Below the pieces are notes generated by a model that saw only the letters and a program-made list of their open reading frames with translations, did no database searches and had not been told where the DNA came from. The position numbers and the translations under genes were made by a program. From Candidatus Collierbacteria bacterium (lineage in GTDB: Bacteria; Patescibacteriota; Microgenomatia; UBA1400; MFAQ01), in contig CAIQPO010000037.1 of assembly GCA_903873735.1 (NCBI GenBank), forward strand, positions 1 to 46,538: a DNA stretch of 46,538 nt, read 5' to 3'. This document shows positions 1-11,100 of the stretch, one piece after another. The number at the start of each line of letters is the position of its first letter. The stretch's first letter is position 1.

Positions 1-199
1 CAGCATTTCCAATAGCTTGTTTGATAAGCTTGATGACTGGCTCTTGAGCACGTTTGGAAATGATTTCCAACTGCTTGAGGGCAGTAGTAGCTCTTTGACC
101 AACCATAGCTTTGAGAAGAAGGTTAGCCTTGCGAGGAGTAACCAAGACGTGTTGGGCTCTGGCTGTGATAATTTTGTTGGTAGTTTTTGCAGTTGCCAT
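1..199 (-). CDS. rplV: 50S ribosomal protein L22, N-terminal part (gene continues past the left edge)
   Basis: Not in the ORF track because no stop lies in the window. Hand translation of the minus strand from ATG at 199-197 gives MATAKTTNKIITARAQHVLVTPRKANLLLKAMVGQRATTALKQLEIISKRAQEPVIKLIKQAIGNA, which is L22-like. It lies directly downstream of rpsS, matching S10-operon order. Confidence 0.8.
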   Translation of the reverse strand, partial: MATAKTTNKIITARAQHVLVTPRKANLLLKAMVGQRATTALKQLEIISKRAQEPVIKLIKQAIGNA

Positions 200-205
200 A
201 TTCTT

Positions 206-490
206 TTAGGTTTTGCTTAAGACTCTCTTAACAATGCGGCCGTGGCCTCTGAAGTTTCTAGTTGGAGAGTACTCACCTAATCTGTGTCCAACCATGTCTT
301 CTGAGACAAAAACCTCTTTAAAGATTTTGCCGTTGTGAACCATGAAGGTGAAGCCGACAAATTCTGGAGGAATTTGACTTGATCTTGCCCAAGTCTTGAT
401 AGCCTCTTTTTTACCTGAGGTTTTCATCTTCTCGACTTTGAGCATGAGCTTCTCATCTACATATGGTCCTTTTTTAGAACTTCTTGACAT
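206..490 (-). CDS. rpsS: 30S ribosomal protein S19
   Basis: 94-aa ORF with KKGPYVD and [17 protein letters not shown] motifs. Positioned between L2 and L22. Confidence 0.97.
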   Translation of the reverse strand: MSRSSKKGPYVDEKLMLKVEKMKTSGKKEAIKTWARSSQIPPEFVGFTFMVHNGKIFKEVFVSEDMVGHRLGEYSPTRNFRGHGRIVKRVLSKT

Positions 491-495
491 AGTAT

Positions 496-1254
496 TTATT
501 TACCTGCGCGACGCTTGATAATGAGTAAATTGCTGTATTTCTTTCTGTTTCTGGTGCGAACACCCATAACTCTCTTGCCATAGACTGACTTGGGTGATTT
601 AAGACCAATACCTGATCTACCCTCACCACCACCGTGAGCATGGGATCTTGGATCTTGAGCGACACCTCTAACTTCAGGTCTTCTACCCATATGTCTGGCT
701 CTACCTGCTTTACCAAGAATTTCTTCTTTGTGGTGTTCGTTGCCGAGGGTACCGACAGTGGCTTTGCATAATGGGTTGAATGATCTAATTTCTCCTGAAG
801 GAAGTTTGATTAAAACAACAGTTTCTTCTTTGGATTGGACAAGGGCGTAGTTGCCGGCTGACCTAACCATCTGGGCACCTTTTCCAGGGGTAATCTCAAG
901 ATTGTGAACCTCAACTCCGATAGGAATATTTTTTAGAGGCAAACAGTTTCCCACCTTAATTTCAGAAGTTTCCGATGAGGATACAATGTCTCCAACCTTC
1001 AAGCCTTTTGGAGCTAAGATGTAGTCCTTGTGGCCATTGACGTAAGAAAGCAGAGCAATGTCGGTAGTGCGATTTGGATCGTATTCAATAGCTACGACCT
1101 TTGCAGTAAGAGAAACTGATCTCTTCCAGTCGATGTGTCTTAAGTAGCGTTTTTGCCTTCCTCCTTGATGTCTAACTGTGATTTTTCCAGAATGGTTTCT
1201 TCCAGAAGACTTGGGGTTTATGGTTTTGAGATGTCTTGCAAGTGTGTGTTTCAT
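496..1254 (-). CDS. rplB: 50S ribosomal protein L2
   Basis: 252-aa ORF with [19 protein letters not shown] and [11 protein letters not shown] motifs. S10-operon position. Confidence 0.97.
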   Translation of the reverse strand: MKHTLARHLKTINPKSSGRNHSGKITVRHQGGRQKRYLRHIDWKRSVSLTAKVVAIEYDPNRTTDIALLSYVNGHKDYILAPKGLKVGDIVSSSETSEIKVGNCLPLKNIPIGVEVHNLEITPGKGAQMVRSAGNYALVQSKEETVVLIKLPSGEIRSFNPLCKATVGTLGNEHHKEEILGKAGRARHMGRRPEVRGVAQDPRSHAHGGGEGRSGIGLKSPKSVYGKRVMGVRTRNRKKYSNLLIIKRRAGK

Positions 1255-1260
1255 AATAGT

Positions 1261-1569
1261 TTATGACTTGAGAGCGGAGAAGATCTCGATCTTTTGACCT
1301 TTCTTGATCTCTACGATTGCTTTTTTAATAAGAGGAGTATTCACATATCTTCCAGTTTTCATTGATCTGACTTTGCGAGAAGCCTTTTTGACCGTAGAAA
1401 TTGAAACAACATCTACTTTGTAGAGGTCTTTGATAGCTTGTCTGATCTGATATTTGCTGGCTGATGGCTCAACTTTGAAAACATATTTGTCCATGGCAGC
1501 AAGTCCGTAGCTTTTCTCTGTGACTACTGGCGAAATGATGGTGTTTTGGTGAATGAGTGGAGTAGACAT
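1261..1569 (-). CDS. rplW: 50S ribosomal protein L23
   Basis: 102-aa ORF between L4 and L2 with an ISPVVTEKS...YVFKV pattern typical of L23. Confidence 0.9.
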   Translation of the reverse strand: MSTPLIHQNTIISPVVTEKSYGLAAMDKYVFKVEPSASKYQIRQAIKDLYKVDVVSISTVKKASRKVRSMKTGRYVNTPLIKKAIVEIKKGQKIEIFSALKS

Positions 1570-1571
1570 AG

Positions 1572-2198
1572 TTATTTAGTGTTAGCTGATTTGAGAACTG
1601 CTAATCTAGAAAGTAAGTGTTCTAAGGCTGTTTGAGTTAGGACGACTTTGGCGTGTTGTCCAAGATTGTAAACATTTAGTCTCTTGGCAGATAGGAGTTC
1701 GAGACCGTTTAAATTTGAAACCGACTTAAGGAAGTCAGAGGATTCTGAAAAGTGGACTAGAGCGCAAGAAACTTTGGAGTAATCTTTGGGAAGAAGTTTA
1801 TCGGCTGATTTGGTAGATAGTGATTTGATTTCAGTGGCGTCTATAAGAGAAAGTCTTTCCTCTTTTTTGTAGGTAGTGAGAAGTCCGGCAAGAGCTTTCA
1901 GTCTCATTTTCTTGTTTAGAGATTTTAGTGGAGTAACAATTCCTTGAGGACCAAAAACAACACCGCCTCCTACATAGATTGGAGCTGATTTGGCACCGTG
2001 TCGAGCGTTACCCGTACCTTTTTGTTTGTAGATTTTCTTGGTGGTAGCTGACACCTCTCCTCTGGTCTTAGTTTTAGAGATACCTCGATGAGAGTTGGCC
2101 TGATAAACGTAGATAGCTTGAGCTATTAGCTTAGGTGATACCTCAAAGTCGATCTGACTGAAGGATGTAGCACTAGTGGTAGTCTTTTTAGCTGGCAT
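1572..2198 (-). CDS. rplD: 50S ribosomal protein L4
   Basis: 208-aa ORF with a KQKGTGNARHG motif. Positioned between L3 and L23. Confidence 0.94.
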   Translation of the reverse strand: MPAKKTTTSATSFSQIDFEVSPKLIAQAIYVYQANSHRGISKTKTRGEVSATTKKIYKQKGTGNARHGAKSAPIYVGGGVVFGPQGIVTPLKSLNKKMRLKALAGLLTTYKKEERLSLIDATEIKSLSTKSADKLLPKDYSKVSCALVHFSESSDFLKSVSNLNGLELLSAKRLNVYNLGQHAKVVLTQTALEHLLSRLAVLKSANTK

Positions 2199-2208
2199 AT
2201 TAATTTAT

Positions 2209-2832
2209 TTAGGCTTTTTTATTAATGGTAATTCGAGCTAAAGTTCCCTTTGACCCAGGAATAGGACCTGTGAGGGTAAGGAGGTTGGTTTCGGGGTTGT
2301 AAGAGTGAATAGCGAGATTCTTTATGCAAATATTATCTGAACCCATTCTTCCAGCCATTTTTTTACCTGGAACTATGCGTCCTGGAGTAGTACCTCTGGC
2401 GATGGATCCTGGAGCACGTTTGCGATCTGACTGACCATGAGTTCTTTGAGATCCATGGAAGCCATGGCGTTTCATAACACCGGCAAACCCTTTACCTTTT
2501 GACATGGAGGTGACGGAAACAGTTAGTCCTGGAGTTAAAATTTCAGTTAAGTTGATGGTGGTATTTGCAGGAATTGATTCTTCTGTTGAGACTTCTCTTA
2601 AGTATTTGGGGGTAACTTCAATGCCTAACTTTTTCAAGAAGCTTTTAACAGGCTTAGTAGCTGATTTTTTGGCACCAATGCCAATTATTTGTGCATTGTA
2701 GCCATCTTTATTGGCGGTCTTGTTGGAAACAGCCACGTGAGAATCTACCACTAAAGTGGTAAGAGGGACTCTTTTACCTTCTACGAAGGTTTGAGTCATG
2801 CTGTCTTTGGTTGCGTATATTTTGTTAAGCAT
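2209..2832 (-). CDS. rplC: 50S ribosomal protein L3
   Basis: 207-aa ORF with SKGKGFAGVMKRHGF and PGRIVPGKKMAGRMG motifs. Confidence 0.96.
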   Translation of the reverse strand: MLNKIYATKDSMTQTFVEGKRVPLTTLVVDSHVAVSNKTANKDGYNAQIIGIGAKKSATKPVKSFLKKLGIEVTPKYLREVSTEESIPANTTINLTEILTPGLTVSVTSMSKGKGFAGVMKRHGFHGSQRTHGQSDRKRAPGSIARGTTPGRIVPGKKMAGRMGSDNICIKNLAIHSYNPETNLLTLTGPIPGSKGTLARITINKKA

Positions 2833-2841
2833 GTTAGTTTT

Positions 2842-2885
2842 AAAAAACGCCCCCGATTTCGGGGACCCGAGAATCGGCGAGGGCA
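2842..2885 (-). terminator. GC-rich hairpins followed by a U6 run between rpsJ and rplC (candidate intrinsic terminator or attenuator)
   Basis: Minus-strand RNA reads CUCGCCGAUUCUCGGGUCCCCGAAAUCGGGGGCGUUUUUU. Local stems are CCGA/UCGG and CCCCG/CGGGG, with an outer CGCC/GGCG pairing, followed by a T-run 12 nt before the rplC ATG. Confidence 0.55.
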
Positions 2886-2919
2886 GTTTTTGTTAATTTA
2901 TTGATTGCATAGGCAAGAC

Positions 2920-3231
2920 TTACATCTTGATTTCGATACCGACACCGGCAGGGAGATCGAGATGCTGGAGGGAGTCGATGGTTTTATTAGTTGGAGAAAC
3001 AATATCAATGAGTCTCTTGTGAGTCAGTACTGCGTACTGTTCACGTGCGTCCTTGTCAGTGTGTGGGGAGGCCTGGACGACGATGACCTTTTTCTTGGTG
3101 GGCAGTGGGACAGGACCAACCACCTGAGCTCCTGATACGAGCGCAGCTTGAATAATTTTTTTGGCAGCTTCGTCTATGACTCTGTGGTCAAAAGACTTGA
3201 GTTTGACACGAATTCGTGGTTGGTCCTGCAT
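2920..3231 (-). CDS. rpsJ: 30S ribosomal protein S10
   Basis: 103-aa ORF. IRVKLKSFDHRVID and HKRLIDI motifs are typical of S10. Confidence 0.97.
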   Translation of the reverse strand: MQDQPRIRVKLKSFDHRVIDEAAKKIIQAALVSGAQVVGPVPLPTKKKVIVVQASPHTDKDAREQYAVLTHKRLIDIVSPTNKTIDSLQHLDLPAGVGIEIKM

Positions 3232-3268
3232 ATGAAGTTTTAAAAAGTGCTAACTAGTAACTTTTTGG

Positions 3269-4444
3269 TTACGCGATAATTTTGGTAATAACACCTGCAC
3301 CAACGGTAAGTCCACCTTCGCGAATAGCGAAGCGTTGTCCTTCTTCCATGGCGATAGGAGCGATAAGTTCGACAGACATCTTGGCGTTGTCACCAGGCAT
3401 GATCATTTCTACACCCTCTGGGAGTTTAACCTCACCAGTAACATCGGTGGTGCGGATAAAGAATTGAGGTTTGTAGCCTGTGAAGAGAGGAGTGTGGCGG
3501 CCACCTTCGTCTTTGCCTAAGATATAAGCTTCGGCATCGAACTTGGTGTGAGGAGTGATAGATCCAGCCTTAGCTAAAACCTGACCTCTTTGGACATCAT
3601 CTTTTTCAATACCGCGGAGGAGAAGACCGACATTGTCTCCTGCTTGTCCTTGGTCGAGAGATTGGTGGAACATTTCAACACCAGTGACGACTGATTTAAC
3701 AGTGGCTTTAATACCGACTATTTCAATTTCATCACCGACTTTGACGATACCTCTCTCAATACGACCGGTAACGACTGTGCCTCTACCTTTGATGGAGAAA
3801 ACGTCTTCAACAGGCATAAGGAAAGGTTTGTCTAGATCGCGAGTAGGAGTAGGAATCCAAGTGTCTACAGCTTCCATGAGTTTCATGATTCCAGCTTGAG
3901 CTTCCTTGTCTCCCTCGAGGGCTTTTAGAGCAGATACTCTGACGATTGGGGTGTCTTCCTCAAATTGGTATTTCTTTAAGAGCTCTCTGATTTCCATCTC
4001 AACTAATTCAAGGAGTTCTGGATCTGAAACGGCATCAACTTTATTTAAAGCGACGACGAGTCTGGGAACGTTAACTTGATGAGCAAGAAGGATGTGTTCC
4101 TTGGTTTGAGGCATAGGTCCATCAGTAGCAGCCACAACTAAGATACCTCCATCCATCTGAGCGGCACCGGTGATCATGTTTTTGATGTAGTCACGGTGTC
4201 CTGGACAGTCGATGTGAGCATAGTGTCTTGTAGCAGTCTCGTAAGGGACGTGTGAGATCTGAATGGTAACACCACGGGCTCTCTCTTCTGGTGATGAGTC
4301 AATCTTGTCGAAAGCTAATGCTTCAGCTAATCCTTGGGAGGCCAAGGTTTGAGTAATAGCGGCAGTAAGAGTAGTCTTGCCGTGATCGACGTGACCGATA
4401 GTACCGATATTAATATGAGGCTTTGTGCGTGAAAATGCAGCCAT
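3269..4444 (-). CDS. tuf: Elongation factor Tu
   Basis: 391-aa ORF with [18 protein letters not shown] and NKVD GTPase motifs and full-length EF-Tu architecture. Confidence 0.99.
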   Translation of the reverse strand: MAAFSRTKPHINIGTIGHVDHGKTTLTAAITQTLASQGLAEALAFDKIDSSPEERARGVTIQISHVPYETATRHYAHIDCPGHRDYIKNMITGAAQMDGGILVVAATDGPMPQTKEHILLAHQVNVPRLVVALNKVDAVSDPELLELVEMEIRELLKKYQFEEDTPIVRVSALKALEGDKEAQAGIMKLMEAVDTWIPTPTRDLDKPFLMPVEDVFSIKGRGTVVTGRIERGIVKVGDEIEIVGIKATVKSVVTGVEMFHQSLDQGQAGDNVGLLLRGIEKDDVQRGQVLAKAGSITPHTKFDAEAYILGKDEGGRHTPLFTGYKPQFFIRTTDVTGEVKLPEGVEMIMPGDNAKMSVELIAPIAMEEGQRFAIREGGLTVGAGVITKIIA

Positions 4445-4510
4445 ATTTATTTAATTATTATTTTGTAATTACTAATTTGTTTTGCGTTTGCTATTGTATC
4501 AGATTTTAAG

Positions 4511-6634
4511 CTAATTTGCAGGAGTTTTCAACAATTTAGCAGCTAAACTGTTGGGTAACTCTTGGTAGTGACTTGGTTCCATGTAGTAAGAAGCTCTTCC
4601 AGCGGTTAAGGAGCGGATAGCTGTAGCATAAGAACTTAGTTCTGAAAGAGGTACTTGAGCGGTAATAACACGGGCATTGCCTCTTTGGGTAGAACCAGCA
4701 ATCTGAGCTCTTCTAGAAGATAGGTCACCAATAATGTCTCCCATATTTTCTTCTGGAGTGGTTACCTCAACCTTCATGATAGGTTCAAGAATGACAGGAG
4801 CGGCTTTCTTGACTGCGTCCTGGAGAGCCATGGATCCGGCAATCTTGAAGGACATTTCAGAAGAGTCAACCTCATGGAATGAACCGTCGACTACTGATAC
4901 TTCTAGATCGACCATCTGGAAACCAGCAATAAGACCATTTTCCAGTGATTCGCGAACACCTTTTTCGATTGGAGCAATAAATTCGCGTGGGATGGTGCCT
5001 CCGACGATCTTGTTGACGAAAGCAAAACCTTCACCTCGAGTTCTGGGCATGATATCGAGAATACAGTGTCCGTATTGTCCACGACCTCCTGATTGACGAA
5101 TATATTTACCTTCACCTCGAGCCTCTTTGGAGATGGTTTCACGATAGGCTACTTGAGGAGCACCGGTAGTGGCTTCGACTTTGAATTCACGACGTAGACG
5201 ATCTACTAGGATTTCAAGGTGTAACTCACCCATACCAGAGATAACAGTTTGACCTGTCTCGTGGTCGGTTTTGATCTTGAAAGTCGGATCTTCTTCAGCA
5301 AGTCTACCGAGAGCTAAATCAAGTTTTTCCTGGTCAGCCTTGGTTTTTGGTTCGATAGCAAGTGAGATAACTGGCTCTGGGAAGTTGATTGACTCTAGGA
5401 TTATTGGCTTGCTCTCGTCACAAAGTGTGTCACCAGTCTTGGTGGCTTTCAAACCAACTACCCCGACGATTTCACCTGCACCAGCTTCGCTGATTTCTTC
5501 GCGACTATTGGCGTGCATAAGCATCAGACGACCAACACGCTCTCTCTCATCTTTGCCTGCGTTGTATATGTATGAACCGGAGGTGATTTTGCCGGAGTAA
5601 ACACGGACATAAGTTAGTTTGCCCACATGAGGATCGGCTTGGATTTTGAAGGCTAAACCTGAAAAAGGCTCTGAAGGATCAGGTTTTCTAATTTCTTCTT
5701 CTCCAGTTTTGGGATTGGAACCAGTGGTTACATTCTTATCGAGAGGAGAGGGAAGAAAATCGACAACAGCGTCAAGAACAGGTTGAACACCTTTGTTTCT
5801 TAGGGAGGAGCCAGGGAAAACAGGAACGATTTCATTTTTACAGGTAGCATTTCTCAAGGCATCTTTTAGCTCTTTCATAGTGGGTTCTTCACCAGCGAAG
5901 AATTTGTCCATCAAGGCTTCGTCGGTTTCGACTATGGCCTCGATAAGTTTGCTTCTTTCAGCTTCGCACTCATCTTTCATATCTTCTGGGAAGCCTTCGG
6001 AAACTACGTATTTTGCACCAGTTTCATCGCCCTGCCAGATAATAGTTTTTCTTTCAAGAAGAAGGCACATGCCCTTAAAGGTGTTTTCAACTCCTACAGG
6101 AAGTGCCATGATAGCGGTTTTGGCTCCAAGTTTGACATGTACGTCGTTAAGAGTGTTTCTGAAATCAGCACCCAAGACGTCCATTTTGTTAACGAAAGCA
6201 ATGCGAGGAACTTTGTACTTGTCGGCTTGTCTCCAGACTGTTTCGGTCTGTGACTGAACACCAGAACCGGCATCAAGTACGATAATACCTCCATCAAGAA
6301 CACGGAGGGAACGCTCTACCTCTGCGGTAAAGTCTACGTGTCCTGGAGTATCGATGATGTTAAAACGACATTCCTCTTTTAAGTTGGCGTCATCCAAAAC
6401 TGGGGTCCAAAAAGTGGTGGTGGCTGCTGAAACGATGGTTATTCCTCTCTCTCTTTCTTGCTCCATCCAGTCCATTTGGGTATCTCCTTCGTCGATATCA
6501 CCAATTTTGTAGGTTTTACCAGTATAGAAGAGAATACGCTCAGTGGTGGTAGTTTTACCAGCGTCGATATGAGCAATAATACCGATGTTTCTTACACGGT
6601 TTAGTGGAATAATTTTTGAGGCTCCAGCGGCCAT
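4511..6634 (-). CDS. fusA: Elongation factor G
   Basis: 707-aa ORF with [20 protein letters not shown] and NKMD motifs. str-operon position upstream of tuf. Confidence 0.99.
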   Translation of the reverse strand: MAAGASKIIPLNRVRNIGIIAHIDAGKTTTTERILFYTGKTYKIGDIDEGDTQMDWMEQERERGITIVSAATTTFWTPVLDDANLKEECRFNIIDTPGHVDFTAEVERSLRVLDGGIIVLDAGSGVQSQTETVWRQADKYKVPRIAFVNKMDVLGADFRNTLNDVHVKLGAKTAIMALPVGVENTFKGMCLLLERKTIIWQGDETGAKYVVSEGFPEDMKDECEAERSKLIEAIVETDEALMDKFFAGEEPTMKELKDALRNATCKNEIVPVFPGSSLRNKGVQPVLDAVVDFLPSPLDKNVTTGSNPKTGEEEIRKPDPSEPFSGLAFKIQADPHVGKLTYVRVYSGKITSGSYIYNAGKDERERVGRLMLMHANSREEISEAGAGEIVGVVGLKATKTGDTLCDESKPIILESINFPEPVISLAIEPKTKADQEKLDLALGRLAEEDPTFKIKTDHETGQTVISGMGELHLEILVDRLRREFKVEATTGAPQVAYRETISKEARGEGKYIRQSGGRGQYGHCILDIMPRTRGEGFAFVNKIVGGTIPREFIAPIEKGVRESLENGLIAGFQMVDLEVSVVDGSFHEVDSSEMSFKIAGSMALQDAVKKAAPVILEPIMKVEVTTPEENMGDIIGDLSSRRAQIAGSTQRGNARVITAQVPLSELSSYATAIRSLTAGRASYYMEPSHYQELPNSLAAKLLKTPAN

Positions 6635-6716
6635 ATATTAAATAATTGTTTAATAACTCTTGGGCGTATTAACCCTACCCAAAGACAGGTAGAGATATTA
6701 CAGTGGTGATTTTATC

Positions 6717-6744
6717 ATAAAAAATCCCTCCGTTGTGGAGGGAT
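6717..6744 (-). terminator. Rho-independent terminator of the lipoprotein cassette
   Basis: Minus strand has an 8-bp stem ATCCCTCC/GGAGGGAT with a 5-nt loop, followed by TTTTTTAT. It starts 7 nt after the ORF stop at 6751. Confidence 0.8.
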
Positions 6745-6750
6745 TGGGTA

Positions 6751-7092
6751 CTATTTTTCTTCTACAAGCCAGTGTTCTTTGGGGATATTAAACTCGTAGC
6801 GGCCTTGCTTATAAAGCTCGCCGCAGTTGAGGCTGATATAAGCACAGCCATAGAGCTGCCCGACGAGCTTATGGTCATTGCTGACATAAGAGAGGATCAC
6901 GTCACCGTCGCTTTCGGAGCTGATGTTTGCCTGGGGAATACCATCGACATAGAGCATGTCCGACGGCAGGTCGCCAAGGTTGATGGTGCCCTCGAAACGG
7001 GCCTGATCACGTGTTGAGCAGCTAGCTACGGTAATCGCCATAAGAATTGTGAGCAGAATATAGAAGCCGATCTGATAAAACCTGCTTTTCAT
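6751..7092 (-). CDS. Small predicted lipoprotein (113 aa), function unknown
   Basis: N-terminal signal peptide ends in the lipobox-like TVAS|C. A strong SD (AAAGAGGAGG, 8 nt before ATG) is present. It has its own promoter and terminator and C/G-ending codon bias. Confidence 0.7.
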   Translation of the reverse strand: MKSRFYQIGFYILLTILMAITVASCSTRDQARFEGTINLGDLPSDMLYVDGIPQANISSESDGDVILSYVSNDHKLVGQLYGCAYISLNCGELYKQGRYEFNIPKEHWLVEEK

Positions 7093-7128
7093 GGATTACG
7101 CCTCCTCTTTGAAATGTACTGACTGGCT

Positions 7129-7157
7129 ATCCTATCATATGTTATAGGTTTTATCAA
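7129..7157 (-). promoter_or_regulatory. sigma70-like promoter of the lipoprotein cassette
   Basis: Minus strand reads TTGATA, 17 nt, TAGGAT, with TG one base upstream of the -10. It lies about 35 nt upstream of the ATG at 7092. Confidence 0.55.
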
Positions 7158-7169
7158 TTAAGTGATAAC

Positions 7170-7197
7170 AAAAAAGCGCCTTTTTCATAAGGCGCTC
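7170..7197 (-). terminator. Rho-independent terminator immediately after rpsG
   Basis: Minus strand has stem AGCGCC/GGCGCT with a 10-nt loop, followed by TTTTTGTT. It begins about 25 nt after the rpsG stop. Confidence 0.75.
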
Positions 7198-7221
7198 TTT
7201 TGGTTGAATTTGTAATTCAAG

Positions 7222-7698
7222 TTACCATCTAAAGTGAGCGAAAGCTTTGTTGGCTTCGGCCATTTTGTGGGTATCAAGCTTCTTCTTGATTGAAGTGCCT
7301 TGGTTTTCATGAGCTTCCATGATTTCTGCGGCTAACTTTTCAGCAAGAGTGCGGTAAGGGTTGTTTCCTTTAGCTCTGGCTGCGGTGATGACCCATCTAA
7401 CAGCAAGGGAGTCGCGGCGTTCTGGTCTTATAGGAGTTGGTACTTGGTATGAAGCGCCTCCAACACGACGGGATCTAACCTCGATAGTGGGTTTGACGTT
7501 TTCAATAGCTTCAGTAAGATATTCAAGTCCGTTTTTACCGGTTTGTTCACCAATAATATCTATGGCTTTGTAGACGTGCTTGGAAGCAACAGATTTTTTA
7601 CCATCGTACATACAGCCATTGATGATTTTAGCCACCAATTCACTACCATAAACTGGATCTTTCACGGATAGCTTTTGTGGGGTTTTCTTTGATCTCAT
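7222..7698 (-). CDS. rpsG: 30S ribosomal protein S7
   Basis: 158-aa ORF with [16 protein letters not shown] and AFAHFRW C-terminal motifs. Confidence 0.97.
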   Translation of the reverse strand: MRSKKTPQKLSVKDPVYGSELVAKIINGCMYDGKKSVASKHVYKAIDIIGEQTGKNGLEYLTEAIENVKPTIEVRSRRVGGASYQVPTPIRPERRDSLAVRWVITAARAKGNNPYRTLAEKLAAEIMEAHENQGTSIKKKLDTHKMAEANKAFAHFRW

Positions 7699-7714
7699 AT
7701 ATTTTTTGGACTAA

Positions 7715-8131
7715 TTATTTGGCTGATGGCTTCTTGGTGCCATATTTACTTCTACTAGTGCGTCTTTTATCAATACCAGCACAGTCGAGTTTGCCACGAA
7801 CAATGTGATATTTGACACCTGGTAAGTCTCTTACGCGACCAGCACGAACCATGACGATAGAGTGTTCTGCTAGATTGTGACCCTCACCCATGATGTAGGC
7901 GGTGACTTCTTGCTTATTTGATAACCTAACACGGGCAATCTTTCGGAGAGCCGAGTTTGGTTTCTTAGGAGTCATGGTTTTGACCTGAAGACAGACACCT
8001 GCTTTTTGAGGGTTTTGGGTGGTGACCATTCTTCTCTTGACTGAGTTGAAACTCTTGCGCAGAGCGGTGGCCTTGATTTTTTTAGCGTTAGACTGACGTC
8101 TAGTTTTGATTAGTTGATTGATTGTAGGCAT
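7715..8131 (-). CDS. rpsL: 30S ribosomal protein S12
   Basis: 138-aa ORF with MPTINQLI and [10 protein letters not shown] motifs. Confidence 0.97.
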   Translation of the reverse strand: MPTINQLIKTRRQSNAKKIKATALRKSFNSVKRRMVTTQNPQKAGVCLQVKTMTPKKPNSALRKIARVRLSNKQEVTAYIMGEGHNLAEHSIVMVRAGRVRDLPGVKYHIVRGKLDCAGIDKRRTSRSKYGTKKPSAK

Positions 8132-8149
8132 ATTTGCGTGTGTATTTTA

Positions 8150-11100
8150 TCAGATATTTTCCAACTTTGCGCGGTTTTTGCTGGTAGGAATCAATCTACC
8201 AATGATAACGTTTTCTTTCATACCGATTAGATGGTCAATTCTGCCTTGAACTGCTGAGTCGGTTAGTACTGAAGTGGTATCCTGGAAAGAGGCGGCAGAA
8301 AGCCAACTGTCGGTGTGAAGAGCGGCTCTTATCGTACCAAGGATAAGGTTGGTAGCGGTAGCTGGTTCTCCACCTTGAGCTATGGCAGCTTCATTAGCCA
8401 TTTCATATGCACCTCTGGAGATTACATCTCCTGCAACGAGAGAGGTGTCTCCCACGTTGTCGATGCGTACGTAGTCACACATCTTCCTAACAATGACCTC
8501 AAAGTGTTTGTCGTGGATACCGATACCCTGGGATTCGTAGATTCCTTGAATTTCGCCAATGAGGTATACCTGTGAGGCTCTCAAGCCTTTAACTCTGAGA
8601 AGGTTCTTAATATCGACACCTCCGGAAGCGAGGATTGAGCCGATGGCGACAATGTCTCCATCTTCAACTTTGAGAGGCATGGCAAGAGGTATAAGGTACT
8701 CTTTTCTGTCTTCTTTGGTGCCTTTGCCTGTAGGAGTAATGGTAACTAGATTGCCATTGTCGGTCTCTACTACTTTTACTTTTCCAGAAACCTCGGCAAC
8801 AGGAGCGGCGAGCTTGGGTGTTCTGACTTCAAATAGCTCGGTAACTCTAGGTAAACCCTGGGTCACGTCGACACCTGCGACACCTCCTGAGTGCTTGGTA
8901 CGCATGGTTAGCTGTGTACCAGGCTCACCGATAGATTGAGCAGCGATAACACCAGCGGGATCACCAATCTTAGCCATTACATTGCTGGCTAGATTATGAC
9001 CGTAGCAATTGGCACAAAGACCAAATCTCAATTTACATGTAAGAGGAGATCTAACCTCAACTTCCTTGACACCTGCGGCTTCGATGGCAGCTGCAATAGG
9101 TTCGGTAATCATTTCTCCAGCCTCTACGAGTACTTTTTTATTGGTTGGATTGAGAACTTTTTTGGCTGAAAGGCGGTGAACAATTCTCTTGGCAAAGACT
9201 TTGGTTCTGTCTTCAGAACTTATGGTTAGGAACTCATCAGTACCACACTCTTCAGCTCTAACGATGGCATCGTGACTGACATCAACTAAGCGTCTGGTCA
9301 GGTAACCTGCGTCAGCTGTACGAAGAGCGGTATCGGTAAGACCTTTTCTAGAACCTCTAACTGATGTAACGTACTCGAAAATTGAGAGACCTTCACGGAA
9401 GTTGCCTTTGGTAGGAAGTTCAACGAAGTTACCAAGAGGATCTACGTTGATACCACGCATGGCTGATAACTGTTTGATGGTGTTCTTGGTAATACGTCCC
9501 ATGCCTGTGTCAATAATCAATCTGACAGGATTGGTGGGAGAGAAGGTGTTCCAAGTCTTTTCGGCGAGATCTTCGGCGGTGTCCATCCACATTTGGATAG
9601 TGAGCTTTCTTCTTTCATCGTCGGTAATCAAACCTAGCTTGTAGTTGTCTTCGATTTCTTTTGCTTTTTGATTTCCTTCTTGAATGACGGACTCTTTGTC
9701 GGCGTACATTTCGTTGTCGGAGATAGCAAATGACAAACCGGAAACTGTAGCATATTCAAAACCGATATTCTTGACGGCGTCGATTAATTTCACCACACGC
9801 TTCACCTCAAGCTCTTCAATAGCTCGGTGGAAGAGTGATGAAATTTCTTTACGAGGAAGATTGCGGTTGATAAATTCCCACTCAGCAGGCAGAATCTGGT
9901 TAAACATGATTCTTCCAGCTGTGGTTTGGGTAAGTTGTTTGTCGCCTGGGAAGAGTCTTACGTTTACTGTCTGTCTAACCTTGATGGCATTATTTTGATA
10001 AGCGGTAAGCACATCTGCTTGGCTAGCAAATGGCATTGAGTAAACAGGGAGATTTTCATCAAGAGCGGTGAGATAGTAAACACCGATAGCCATTTCCTTT
10101 GAGTCAGGAATTGAAGCGGGGTTTCCTTGGGCTGGCTTTAATAAGTTGTATTGAGGAAGCATGCGCTTTTTAGCCTCAAGAATAGCTTTCTTGGTGAGAG
10201 GTACGTGGACAGCCATTTGGTCTCCGTCGAAGTCTGCATTAAAACCTCCACAAACTACCGGGTGAAGTCTTATTGCTGCACCATCAATTAGTTTTGGCCA
10301 GAAGGCTTGAATAGAGAGTTTGTGTAGCGTAGGAGCACGGTTTAAGAGAACAGGGTGCTTCTTGGTGATTTTTTCCAAGATGTCGTAGACTTCTGGTTGT
10401 CTCTTTTCAATGATGGCTTTGGCGGCTTTAACGTTGGGAGCCATGTCTTGCTTAATTAGTTCGTGGAGAACGAAGGGTTTGAACATCTCAAGTGCCATGT
10501 CTTTTGGTAAACCACACTGGTTTAGCTTGAGCTCAGGACCTACGACAATAACTGAACGACCTGAGTAATCGACACGCTTACCTAGAAGGTTTTGGCGGAA
10601 ACGACCCTGCTTGCCACGAAGCATATCAGAGAGAGACTTTAATGTCTTTCCAGTCCTGGATCTTCGAGAGGATCTAGCCTGAGAAGAATCGATAAGAGAG
10701 TCAACTGCTTCTTGGAGCATGCGTTTTTCATTTCTTAAGATGATTTCTGGAGCACCAAGGTCAATAAGGTGTTTCAAACGGTTGTTGCGATTGATGACGC
10801 GGCGATAAAGATCATTCAAATCTGATGCAGCAAACCTACCTCCTGAAAGCTGGACCATAGGACGAAGATCTGGAGGAATGACAGGAAGAACTCTTAAGAT
10901 CATCCACTCTGGCTTGATTTTAGAATCAAGTAAACCTCTTGCAACTTGAAGTCTTTTGGTAGCCTTGAGTCTTTTGGCTTCTGAATTTGAGTGTAGATCT
11001 TCTTTGAGATCTGCAACTAAGTTATCAAGATTGATCTGCTGAAGTGCATTAAGAAGAGATTCTGAACCCATTCCGGCTTTGATAAAACCAGCAACGCTGT

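Noticed and set aside
17-220. 67-aa plus-strand ORF at the left edge
   Set aside because: It is antisense to a clear L22 (rplV) reading frame on the minus strand, has no start context and has low-complexity content. It is a shadow ORF.
474-716. 80-aa minus-strand ORF overlapping rplB and rpsS
   Set aside because: It is an alternative frame inside the well-supported L2 gene, with no independent signals.
5793-6257. Long plus-strand antisense ORFs inside fusA (154 aa), and similar ones in rpoB (14970..15419), the 727-aa gene (19244..19699), rpoC, alaS, ftsK, rnj and pnp
   Set aside because: All lie fully inside strongly supported minus-strand genes. Their Ser/Leu/Pro-rich, low-complexity translations are typical of antisense shadows, and they have no promoter or RBS.
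6733-7017. 94-aa plus-strand ORF overlapping the lipoprotein cassette
   Set aside because: The minus-strand ORF has the SD, promoter, terminator and a signal peptide with lipobox. The plus-strand frame has none of these.
6635-7221. Flanking direct repeats or target-site duplications around the three cassette loci
   Set aside because: I compared the junction sequences by eye and found no convincing duplicated or shared boundary sequence. The promoters and terminators of the cassettes are all different.
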